Below, piece after piece: positions 54,868 to 64,000 of a stretch of 64,000 bases of DNA. This DNA comes from an uncultured delta proteobacterium (GTDB lineage Bacteria; Myxococcota_A; Polyangia; Polyangiales; Polyangiaceae): NCBI GenBank assembly GCA_963841435.1, contig CAWJCS010000001.1:64001-128000 (forward strand), read 5' to 3'. The notes below the pieces were generated by a model. The model did no database searches, was not told where the DNA came from, and saw only the letters and a list, made by a program, of their open reading frames with translations. The stretch's first letter is position 1. Each line of letters starts with the position of its first letter. Position numbers and translations under genes: made by a program.

Positions 54868-56640
54868 TCAGGGTAGTGTTTCGACGAGCGGCGGGGGCGA
54901 GAGGCGCTCGGCCTGGAAAGAGCCGTTGTTGGCCGGCAGGACGATCTCCCACACGACCTTGCCGGCACGCGTCACCTCGAAGATGCGCGTCGATGCCGAC
55001 CCCGAGCGAACGCCGGCCGTGATGAGGATGTTGCCGTTCGGCAGCACGTCGGCATCACCCCAGAACGGCGCGTACCAGGTGTTCTTGTACCAGGCGTCCA
55101 CGTTGAAGCTGCCGGGGAACTCCCAGGTGCGGGTCGCCGTCTTCGCGGTTTCGTCGATCTTGTATTCGACGACGCGGGAGTGAAAATTCGAGTTTCCGCC
55201 GCCGAGGCCCGCGTAGCCGCCGTTGTCGTAGAGCAAAATGGTGCCGTCCGCGTGGATCTCGGGGTCGTGCGCGTCACTGAATTGCGACTCCGGCGGGACG
55301 AACGTGAAGTCGCCGGGGCCGAGGCTCGTCTTGTCGTACGTGCCGCCGAGGCGCCAGAGCATGTCGCCCGACGCCTTGTCGACCTTGAAGAGCCCGACGA
55401 AGCGGCAGTTGTAATAGAAGATCCCGGCTGCGTCGTCGCGCGTGAGCGCGTTTCCATGGCAGAGCTCCTCGCGCGACCCCGAGGGCGGGATGTGATCGAA
55501 GAGGTTCCACGACCAGACCACGCTGTTCGTCGCCGTGAGCTCCTCGAGTCGCTGGTCGTCGATGCGCGTGTTGCCGTTCATCACGGACTTGTCGATTTCG
55601 CGGTTCACGACGTAGTTGCCCGTCGGAAGCTTGTGCGTGAAATGCGACATCAGTTGGGCGTTGCTGTTGGCAGGGCCCGTCCACAGCACCTTGCCGGAGA
55701 AATCCACCTCCTTCGGTGAGACGCCGTTGGTGGCGCCGACGACCACGCTATTTTCGAGGAGGTCCGTCGAGACGTCGCCGCGCGAGTCCGTACCGGGGCC
55801 CTGCACGAAGTACCAGACGGGAATGCCCCCTTCGTCGTACATGACGGCGAGCGCCGACGAGGAGGGCGGCTGGACGTTGGTGAGCGTCCAACCCGGCTGG
55901 TACTCACCGGCGACGGCCACCGTTTGCATCGCAACCGGCAACGCGTTCGGCAGCGCGCCCGTCATGAACGTCCCTTCGGCGTTGCCCGAGCCCGTGGCGT
56001 TGTCGGACACGGCCTTGATTTGATAGGTCTTCTGCGCGTGCATGCCGATGACGAGCACGCGGTGGTCGGTCACGGGCGTCGCATCGCGAATGCGGAACGC
56101 GTAGGCGCCCTCGCCGAAGTCGACCTCCGAGCTTGCCGCCTCCGTCGTCGTCCACGACACGAAGCAGGAGATCGTCATGTTCGGGTTCGGGTCGATCTTG
56201 AAGCCCGAGAGCGTGAGGGTGCCGCTGCCGACGCCGGCGCCACCCGCCGAGCCGCTCGTTCCCGCCGCGCCACCGGCGCCGCTGCCGGCTGCGCCCATGC
56301 CCGCGTCACCGGCGATTCCCGCTGCGCCGCCGCTCGTCGCACCGGCGTCGGCGCCGCCCGCGCCGCCGCCGCTCGCGCCGCCCGTGCCCGCAGTCCCCGC
56401 GGCGTTGCCGCTGCCCGCCGCGCCGCCCGATAAAGCGCCCGCGCCACCGCCGGCACCGCCCGTTGCCGGCATGCCGCCACTCGTTCCAGCGCCCGCGGCT
56501 GGGGAAGCTCCCGCTCCGCCGCCCGTTCCACCCGTGGAGCTCGGCCCCGCGTTCTGTCCGGTTCCGCCGCTGCAGGCGCAGACGGTGGCCAGCAACGCGA
56601 CGCCCGTTAGACCCACTCGCGGCAAGAAACGGAAATTCAT
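54868..56640 (-). CDS. Arylsulfotransferase (ASST)-like lipoprotein
   Basis: Lipobox VCAC, Gly linker, Ig-like domain, HGNAL, WRLGG, FSDAHD, LYDNG, GDADVLPNGN. Confidence 0.82.
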   Translation of the reverse strand: MNFRFLPRVGLTGVALLATVCACSGGTGQNAGPSSTGGTGGGAGASPAAGAGTSGGMPATGGAGGGAGALSGGAAGSGNAAGTAGTGGASGGGAGGADAGATSGGAAGIAGDAGMGAAGSGAGGAAGTSGSAGGAGVGSGTLTLSGFKIDPNPNMTISCFVSWTTTEAASSEVDFGEGAYAFRIRDATPVTDHRVLVIGMHAQKTYQIKAVSDNATGSGNAEGTFMTGALPNALPVAMQTVAVAGEYQPGWTLTNVQPPSSSALAVMYDEGGIPVWYFVQGPGTDSRGDVSTDLLENSVVVGATNGVSPKEVDFSGKVLWTGPANSNAQLMSHFTHKLPTGNYVVNREIDKSVMNGNTRIDDQRLEELTATNSVVWSWNLFDHIPPSGSREELCHGNALTRDDAAGIFYYNCRFVGLFKVDKASGDMLWRLGGTYDKTSLGPGDFTFVPPESQFSDAHDPEIHADGTILLYDNGGYAGLGGGNSNFHSRVVEYKIDETAKTATRTWEFPGSFNVDAWYKNTWYAPFWGDADVLPNGNILITAGVRSGSASTRIFEVTRAGKVVWEIVLPANNGSFQAERLSPPPLVETLP

Positions 56641-56840
56641 CACCAAGGAAACCTCGTGGCTCACGTTCGAAAAAGAGTTGCGCAAAAGCGATAGTACCCA
56701 TCGCTTTCCTCGACAGGCCATCCGGGGAGCGTGTTCGACGAGCGACGGAAAAATCGTCGCGACGGCTCCGTCGGGCGAACCGTGAGACGAGATAATGGCC
56801 GTGAGAGCGGTTCACACGGCGAGGCGTTGGCTTCGAGTCG

Positions 56841-57989
56841 TCACTTGCCGAGGAAACGCTGCGAAAGCCGCTCGATGCGATGGCTCTCGGACGCTTCGAG
56901 CAACGCGACGTTGAGCGGGCCCAAGAGGGGGCTCGTGGGCTTCAACGCGAACCCATAGCCCTGCGCTTCGTAGGCTTGTCGCGAGAGCGTGAGCTCGACA
57001 TCGGCACGGGACTTCAGGAAGTACTGGAGAGCAGGTCGATCATGGACCACCGCGAGCACCTGCTCTTTTTCGAGCGCCGCGATCGCGGCGTCGAGCGACG
57101 CGAAGGGCACGGGACGCGCGCCGAGACTGGTCGTGAATTCGGCGCCAACCGTGCCGCGAACGACGCCCACGCGCCGGCCGTCGAGGTCGTCCGCGCTCGC
57201 GACGACACTCTGGTCGAGCTGCGAGAGCGTGAGCGTCGTCGCGATGCCGGCCGTCAGCGAGCTCGCGGTGATCATGGCGATCACCATCCACCCTCCTGCG
57301 AGAATCCGTCCTGCCATCGTCACGGGAACACGATCGCCGTAGCCGACCGTCGTCATCGTGACGAGTGCGAACCAGAGCCCGTTGCCGATGCCGCGCACGA
57401 TGGAGGGTGGAAACATCTCGGGGTTCCTCTTGCGTTCGGCGATCCACAAAAGCGTTCCGACGGCGAGCAGCACGACCAGGAGCGAGGAGGCGCCGAAGAA
57501 GAACGTTCGACTGAGAAACGGTGCGGCCCGATGCCAGAAGGAACCCGCGGGGCGTGTCAGGATCCCGAGCGAGGCCTGGAAATAGGGCTGGGTGAAGCGA
57601 ACCTGCATCGCGCGCTCCGCCGTGATGCTGATGGGACCGACGAGCACGTCGAGCGCGCCGTGGGCCGTTTCGGCGATGCCTTCGGCCACGCTCGGTACCG
57701 GCACGAGGTCGTACTCGACTCGAGCGCTCCGCGCGACGTCCCTCCACACCTCCACGCTGAGCCCACCGAGCCTACCGTCCTCTTCCTGTACGAAGGGCTT
57801 CGAGCCGACCACACCGACCTTGAGGCGAGGATTGGCCGGCGTGGGTGCCACGGGGGGTGGCGCCGAGGACGAAATGGCGGAGGAGGCCGGAGCGAGCGGC
57901 GCCGCGGCCGGCCCCGCCGCGAACAGCACGCCGGCGAGCGCGACGCCGACCACGATGACGGCTCTGGGCGGCCAAGCGTGCCCTTGCAT
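56841..57989 (-). CDS. Ligand-gated potassium channel, GluR0-like (split SBP family 3 domain plus K+ pore)
   Basis: Signal peptide, S1 (PISITAER...FTQPY), M1, pore TMTTVGYGD, M2, S2 (YGFAL). Confidence 0.9.
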   Translation of the reverse strand: MQGHAWPPRAVIVVGVALAGVLFAAGPAAAPLAPASSAISSSAPPPVAPTPANPRLKVGVVGSKPFVQEEDGRLGGLSVEVWRDVARSARVEYDLVPVPSVAEGIAETAHGALDVLVGPISITAERAMQVRFTQPYFQASLGILTRPAGSFWHRAAPFLSRTFFFGASSLLVVLLAVGTLLWIAERKRNPEMFPPSIVRGIGNGLWFALVTMTTVGYGDRVPVTMAGRILAGGWMVIAMITASSLTAGIATTLTLSQLDQSVVASADDLDGRRVGVVRGTVGAEFTTSLGARPVPFASLDAAIAALEKEQVLAVVHDRPALQYFLKSRADVELTLSRQAYEAQGYGFALKPTSPLLGPLNVALLEASESHRIERLSQRFLGK

Positions 57990-58339
57990 CTCTTTTCGAC
58001 TAGGTCATTTGACATTCGGTCTGCAAGTGCGCGGAGGCGAGAATCCGTGGCGCCCTCGGGGACCGATGCGGCAGGTGCCGGGATGGAATGCGGCGCGGCG
58101 TGTCGCGCATCTGCGGGGTCGAGCGGACGGGGATCGCGGCGGCGCGCGGCGACGGATCGCCGGGAAAAGACCGCCGAACGAAGGGTCATGAGGTCCTCCG
58201 GGCGAGCCGGACTGAGGCCGTGCAGGGGCGACTTCTTCGTTCGAGCTCCACCGGTCGAAAAAGGGGGTATGCTTCGCTGGCGCGCTGACCCTCCGGCGTC
58301 GGCCGCCCATGTCACGGTCCTTCCGGCACGGAGGTTCAG

Positions 58340-58663
58340 ATGACATTCATGCGCATGGTCGTGGTTGCAATCGCCGCACCCTCTTTGATGGTGCTTGCCT
58401 GCCGCTACTCGGAGCCAGAGCCCAAGGTGGGCGACAAAGACGAGAGCCCTCCGCTCCCTCCCGAGTCGCCGCCGCCGTCGGACGACAGCCCGGAGCCGGC
58501 TACCGGGGAGAAGGGCGTCGCCGAGAGCGCCAAGCTTCCCCCGCCACCCACGGGCGCCTGTGACGACAGGGCGTGCGTGGCCACCGAAGACTGCTGTGGC
58601 GGCTACGCGTGCGGGTTCGATCCCGAGCGCAGCAGGGTGCAGCGCTTCTGTCTGCCACAGTGA
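58340..58663 (+). CDS. Small Cys-rich lipoprotein
   Basis: GGAGG RBS, VLAC, Pro-rich linker, C-terminal CDDRAC...DCCGGYAC...FC. Confidence 0.7.
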   Translation: MTFMRMVVVAIAAPSLMVLACRYSEPEPKVGDKDESPPLPPESPPPSDDSPEPATGEKGVAESAKLPPPPTGACDDRACVATEDCCGGYACGFDPERSRVQRFCLPQ

Positions 58664-58700
58664 GCGCGCCTCGGGGCGCTGCCGCGTCGCAACCGAATTC

Positions 58701-59151
58701 CTATTTTACCACGACGGGTGGCCGCGGCGGCGTGTGATCGGAGATCACGCACGCCGAGAGGTCGAACAGCATGAAGACCAGGACTTTCTCCTGGGGTGTC
58801 AGGGTCGTCGTGCGACAGCCGGTCGGGAACGGCAGGCCGGGCGAGGACTGGTCGCCGTTGGCGTCGTTGGTCGTGACGTGGATACCCCGTGAGGTTGCCG
58901 CTGCCCGCTTCGGGCGGCACGAAGTCGATGCCGGCCGAGCCGCCGCTCGTACCGCCGCCGGCGCCGGGGCTCGTGCCGCCGCCGCCGGACACGGAGATCA
59001 TGCCGCGGCCGCCGGCGCCCGATGCCGCGTCGTCCGAGCTGCCTCCGCTCGCATCGCAGCCCTCGGAGAGCAAAGCGAGCCCGAGGAGCACCGAACCCAG
59101 GGCCGCCCCGCCGAGCCCGTGCCGCCGAGCGAGCGCTCCGTGTGTGCGCAT
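58701..59151 (-). pseudogene. Lipoprotein remnant, N-terminus joined out of frame to a C-terminal motif (apparent large internal deletion)
   Basis: After a shift near 58885 it reads GIHV...FPTGC...LTPQEKVLVFMLFDLSACV...*, which I recall as the C-terminus of a much longer myxobacterial lipoprotein family. Confidence 0.55.
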
Positions 59152-59254
59152 CCCTTACAAATCGTACGAGCCGGGCCGTGTGGGGTCAACGCGGGTTCGC
59201 TAGACCCGCCACAGTCCGAAGTCATGCTCGCGTGCTACGGTTTCACTGCTTCAG

Positions 59255-59280
59255 GGAACTTTCGCTCCTGTCGGATCGTC
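59255..59280 (+). promoter_or_regulatory. Putative ECF sigma promoter (GGAAC-N17-CGTC)
   Basis: GGAAC at 59255-59259 and CGTC at 59277-59280, 26 nt before the GTG at 59307. Confidence 0.5.
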
Positions 59281-59306
59281 AGCCTCAAAGTGTGGGCCCT
59301 GATTTC

Positions 59307-61226
59307 GTGTCAACCTCGGACGTGACCAGCGAGGACATCCAGGCTTCCGAAGCCTCCGAAGCCGATTTTCGGCGTCTCGGTGCCGCGGCGCGTCGTGCTT
59401 CGCGACGATTGCGGACCAGCGTGGCGCTCGCTGCCGCGCTGCGGTGGCTCCCGTTCGCGCTGCTCGCTGTGATCGTGGCGCTCGCCGTGGCGAAGCTTCG
59501 GCCGTCCCAGGCCAGTGATCGCTGGGTGCTCGGGCTGGCCGCCGGTGGCCTCGCGCTCGTCCTCGCCGGGGTGGTGCGTGCGCTCACGCGGCCCCGCCCG
59601 TTGCTCGCCGGCGCGATCGCGCTCGATCGACACCACGGGCTCGCGGGGCGCGTCGCGAACGCGCTTTCGTTCCGCGCCGTCCCCGCGGCGGAGCGCACGC
59701 CGCTCATGGAGCTTGCCATGCGTGACGGGGCGGGCGTGGCCAAGAAGCTCGATCCGCGCCGTGCGGTGCCCATTCCCGTGCCGCGAGAGACGTGGCTCGT
59801 GGTCGCGCTGGTCGTGGGGCTCGGCGGGCTTTGCATGCTCGAGGTGCCGAGCGTGCGCCATGTGCCTCCGCCGCCCGCACCCAAGCCGCTCCTCATGGGT
59901 GCGGACGATCTCGAGCTCTTCCGTGATCTCGGCGCGGAGCTCGCGCGCGAGAGCAAGAGTCCCGAGCAGCTGGCGGCCGTCGGCCGCTACAACAAGCTGG
60001 TCGAGGACATCGCCGACCACCGCGTCGATCGCCACGAGGTGTTCCGGCGGCTCGCCGAGATCGAGCGCGACCTGTCGCAGGGGCTCGCCGAAGAGCGCGA
60101 GGCGCTCGACGAAGGGCTCGCGGCGGTGGCGCGCGAGCTCGGGCGCAGCCCCATGACGCGCAAAGCTTCGGAGGCACTGTCCGAGAACAAGCTCGACGAC
60201 GCCGAAAAGGCCCTGCGGGAGCTCGCCCAGAAGCTCAAGAAGGGCACGCCCAAGCCGAGCGCGGCCGAGCTCGAGCGGCTGCGCCAGGCGCTCACGCGGG
60301 CGAGCGAGCAGAGCCGCGAGCGCACGCAGGCCATCGAAGCGCGGCGGCGCGAGCTCGCCGAGGAGCGCGAGAGCCTGCTCAAGAAGAAGCGTGAGGCCGG
60401 CGACGCCGGGGCCAACCCGAAGCTCGACAAGGAGCTCGACGACAACCAGCGAAAGCTCGAGCATCTCGAGCGTGAGAGCTCGAGGGCGCGCCGCGGCCAG
60501 GAGCAGCTCTCGGAGCTCGACAAGGAGCTCGCCAAGGCTGCCGCGGATCTTCGCAAGGAGCTCGGCAAGGCCGGCGAGGACCTCGAGCGCGGCGCCGAGA
60601 ACGTCAATCGCATGGCGCGCGAGAAGCTCGACGACGACGCCAAGCGCGAGCTCATCCGCCGCTTGCGCGAGATGCGCGAGGTCCTACGCCAGGAAGGACA
60701 GGGTGGCGAGGGACGCAAGGAACGCCTGAAGCGCTTCAGCCAACGCGCGCGCGGCAAGGGTCAGGAGGACGGCGAGGGCGAGGGCCAGCAGAAGGGCCAA
60801 AAAGGCAAGGGCCGCGGACGCCCCGAGCTCCGGCTAGGCTCGGGCGATCGCGCCGTCGAGATCCCCGGTGGCAGCGCGCCGTCTCCCGGCGGCGGCCAGA
60901 AGCCCGGTGATGGTTCGGGCGGCGACGGCAAGCAGGCAGGCCCCGGCTGGGGAAATTCCCACGACCCGAATCTCGCTGGCGAACGCTCGAAGCTCGCGGG
61001 CAACACCACTGACGTGAGCGCCGCCGGCATCGACACCGGTGAAGGCACGGCGAGCGCCGAGGTCATTTACGGCGCCGCCGAGCGTGGATTCACCGGCAAG
61101 GGCTACAAGGAGGTGTTCACGGACTACCAAACGGTGTCCGAGCAGGTGCTGGAGAAAGATCAGATCCCGCCCGGCTATCGCTTCTACGTGCGCCGCTACT
61201 TCCAGCTCATTCGCCCTCGCGAGTGA
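59307..61226 (+). CDS. Membrane-anchored coiled-coil protein (DUF4175-like), associated with the MoxR operon
   Basis: Three TM helices, long coiled coil, Gly-rich region, C-terminal IPPGYRFYVRRYF. Confidence 0.8.
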   Translation: MSTSDVTSEDIQASEASEADFRRLGAAARRASRRLRTSVALAAALRWLPFALLAVIVALAVAKLRPSQASDRWVLGLAAGGLALVLAGVVRALTRPRPLLAGAIALDRHHGLAGRVANALSFRAVPAAERTPLMELAMRDGAGVAKKLDPRRAVPIPVPRETWLVVALVVGLGGLCMLEVPSVRHVPPPPAPKPLLMGADDLELFRDLGAELARESKSPEQLAAVGRYNKLVEDIADHRVDRHEVFRRLAEIERDLSQGLAEEREALDEGLAAVARELGRSPMTRKASEALSENKLDDAEKALRELAQKLKKGTPKPSAAELERLRQALTRASEQSRERTQAIEARRRELAEERESLLKKKREAGDAGANPKLDKELDDNQRKLEHLERESSRARRGQEQLSELDKELAKAAADLRKELGKAGEDLERGAENVNRMAREKLDDDAKRELIRRLREMREVLRQEGQGGEGRKERLKRFSQRARGKGQEDGEGEGQQKGQKGKGRGRPELRLGSGDRAVEIPGGSAPSPGGGQKPGDGSGGDGKQAGPGWGNSHDPNLAGERSKLAGNTTDVSAAGIDTGEGTASAEVIYGAAERGFTGKGYKEVFTDYQTVSEQVLEKDQIPPGYRFYVRRYFQLIRPRE

Positions 61227-61258
61227 CTTCAATTGGCCGAGCATCCGAGGAAACAAGC

Positions 61259-62260
<1,002 letters not shown>

Positions 62261-62262
62261 CG

Positions 62263-63195
62263 ATGGGGCTTCTCGCCAGATTCCAGCGGCGCGCCGAGGC
62301 GCGCGTCGAGGCGTCGCGCGAGCCGTTGTTCGACGACGAGTTCCAGCGCCGGCTCGAGACGCTGGCGCTCGTGAGTCGCCGCGTGTTCACGGGCAGGCTT
62401 CGCGCCGAGCGCCGCACGCGCAAGAAGGGCAGCGGCGTCGAGTTCGCCGATCATCGCGACTACGTTCCTGGCGACGACATCCGCTCGATCGACTGGAACG
62501 TGTATCAGCGCTTCGGGCGCTTGCTCGTGCGCCTCTACGAAGAAGAGGAAGATCTTTCGATCTACTTCTTGCTCGACTGCTCCGGCTCGATGGGCTTCGG
62601 GGCTCGCGACAAGTTCGACCAGGCGCGGCGCCTCGTTGCGGCGCTCGCCTACGTCGGTCTCGCAAACCTCGACCGTGTCACGCTCGTCGCCGTCACCGAC
62701 TCCGTGCTCGAGCGCATGCCCGCGACGCGCGGCAAGGGTCGCATCTTCACCGTGTTTCGCTTCCTCGAGCGGCTCGTGCCGCGCGGACGCACGGACCTGT
62801 CGGAGGCGCTGAAGACCTTCGCGGCCGAGCACAAACGCCGTGGGCTCGCCGTGCTGGTGAGCGACCTCTACGACCCGGCCGGGTTCGAGCGCGGCATCAA
62901 CGTGCTGCGATTCGAGGGTTTCGAGCCCTACGTCCTGCACCTCGTCGACCCTAAGGACGCCCACCCAAACCTCGGCGGCGACGTGCTCGTGTACGACTGC
63001 GAAACGGGAGACGAGCGCGAGGTCACGGTCACGCCCGCGGTACTCGCCAAGCTCGAGGGCGCTTTTCACGATTACTCGTCGCGCATCGAGCGCTTCTGCA
63101 AGGACAAGCAGGTGCCGTACCTCGCCGCCGACGCCGAGACCCCGTTCGACCAGATCGTGCTGCGGGCGTTTCGTCAGGGAGGGTTTCTGCGCTGA
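62263..63195 (+). CDS. DUF58 domain-containing protein
   Basis: GVEFADHRDYVPGDD.R.IDW, DCSGSM, VSDL. Confidence 0.93.
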   Translation: MGLLARFQRRAEARVEASREPLFDDEFQRRLETLALVSRRVFTGRLRAERRTRKKGSGVEFADHRDYVPGDDIRSIDWNVYQRFGRLLVRLYEEEEDLSIYFLLDCSGSMGFGARDKFDQARRLVAALAYVGLANLDRVTLVAVTDSVLERMPATRGKGRIFTVFRFLERLVPRGRTDLSEALKTFAAEHKRRGLAVLVSDLYDPAGFERGINVLRFEGFEPYVLHLVDPKDAHPNLGGDVLVYDCETGDEREVTVTPAVLAKLEGAFHDYSSRIERFCKDKQVPYLAADAETPFDQIVLRAFRQGGFLR

Positions 63196-64000
63196 TGACG
63201 TTCGCGGGGTTGCCGCTCGCCACCCTGCTCGGGGTCGGGGGCGCCGCCGGGGCGCTCACGGTGCTGTTCTACGTGCTCAAGCTCAGGCGCCGGCCCGTGG
63301 CCGTGCCGTTCACGCCGCTCTGGCACCGCGTGCTCGGCGACCGTGACGCGAGTCGGCTGTTTTCCCAGCTCAAACGCTGGTTGTCGCTGCTGTTGCAGCT
63401 GGCGCTGCTCGCGGCAATGCTCGTCGCGCTCGGTGATCCGCGGCCGACGGCGGCGCTCGGCGAAGGCCGCAACGTGGTGTTGCTCGTCGATGCGAGCGCC
63501 TCCATGAAGGCGACTGACGTGCTGCCGACCCGTCTCGAGCGCGCCAAGGACGAGGCGAGAGCCATCGTGCGCGGCCTGGGCGGCAGCGACCGCGCGCTCG
63601 TCGTGCAGATGGGGCAGGTGCCCGTGCCGCTTTCGACGCTGAGCGGCGACGCGACGGAGCTCGTTCCCGCGGTCGACCGCATTCGCGCCGCGGACACGCG
63701 TGCGGACCTCGCTCGAGCGCTCGAGCTCGCTCGCGACGCCCTGCATGGCCTTCTGCGCGCCGAGATTGTCGTCATCGGCGACGGTCAGGGCTCGAAGCTC
63801 GATCCCGTCCCGGATCTCGGGGGCGCGGCGCTTCGCTTCGTGCCCGTGGGAAAAAGCGGAAAGAATCTCGCCCTCACGGGATTTTCGGTGCGGCGCTATC
63901 CACTCGACAAGTCGCGGCTCGAGGTCATGGCCGAGGTGTCGAACTCGAGCAGTGAGCGTGCCGAGGTCGAGCTGTCCTTGTGGGGCGACGGCAGCATCGT
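63195..64000 (+). CDS. BatA-like N-terminus plus VWA domain protein, partial
   Basis: ATG overlapping the DUF58 stop; LFYVLKLRRRP, LLLQL...ALGDP, MIDAS DASASM, TRLERAK; open to the window end. Confidence 0.88.
   Translation, partial: MTFAGLPLATLLGVGGAAGALTVLFYVLKLRRRPVAVPFTPLWHRVLGDRDASRLFSQLKRWLSLLLQLALLAAMLVALGDPRPTAALGEGRNVVLLVDASASMKATDVLPTRLERAKDEARAIVRGLGGSDRALVVQMGQVPVPLSTLSGDATELVPAVDRIRAADTRADLARALELARDALHGLLRAEIVVIGDGQGSKLDPVPDLGGAALRFVPVGKSGKNLALTGFSVRRYPLDKSRLEVMAEVSNSSSERAEVELSLWGDGSI

Noticed and set aside
58612-58626. GGGTTCGATCCC resembling a tRNA T-arm
   Set aside because: Lies inside a coherent CDS; no acceptor stem, D-arm or anticodon arm can be built around it.

Overview
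A 64 kb chromosomal window from a very high-GC bacterium (about 70% GC, estimated by eye). The gene content and the many Gly-rich-linker lipoproteins point to a myxobacterium of the Polyangiaceae/Sorangium type; this is inference. About 55 CDS are present. Housekeeping genes include a DinG-like helicase, a class II PPK2, phoH, eno, NAD kinase, lutABC and a MoxR/DUF58/VWA operon. Surface enzymes include a PL11 rhamnogalacturonan lyase, a PL1 pectate lyase, a CE2-like esterase and an arylsulfotransferase-like protein. There is also a sugar-acid catabolic cluster and an orphan DNA methyltransferase. I found no tRNA, rRNA, CRISPR array, transposase or integrase. The most unusual items are: (i) a translationally coupled operon of three related beta-propeller lipoproteins plus an outer-membrane beta-barrel (8.5-14.7 kb); (ii) a receiver domain fused to a histone H1/AlgP-like Lys/Ala/Pro tail; (iii) a lipoprotein with eight Notch/cubilin-like EGF repeats; (iv) a GluR0-like ligand-gated K+ channel; (v) a 50-aa ultra-basic peptide missed by the ORF track. 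Several genes carry single-base frameshifts or in-frame TGA codons, so some breaks and fusions are probably sequencing or assembly errors. All family calls come from motif recognition by eye, not from database searches.
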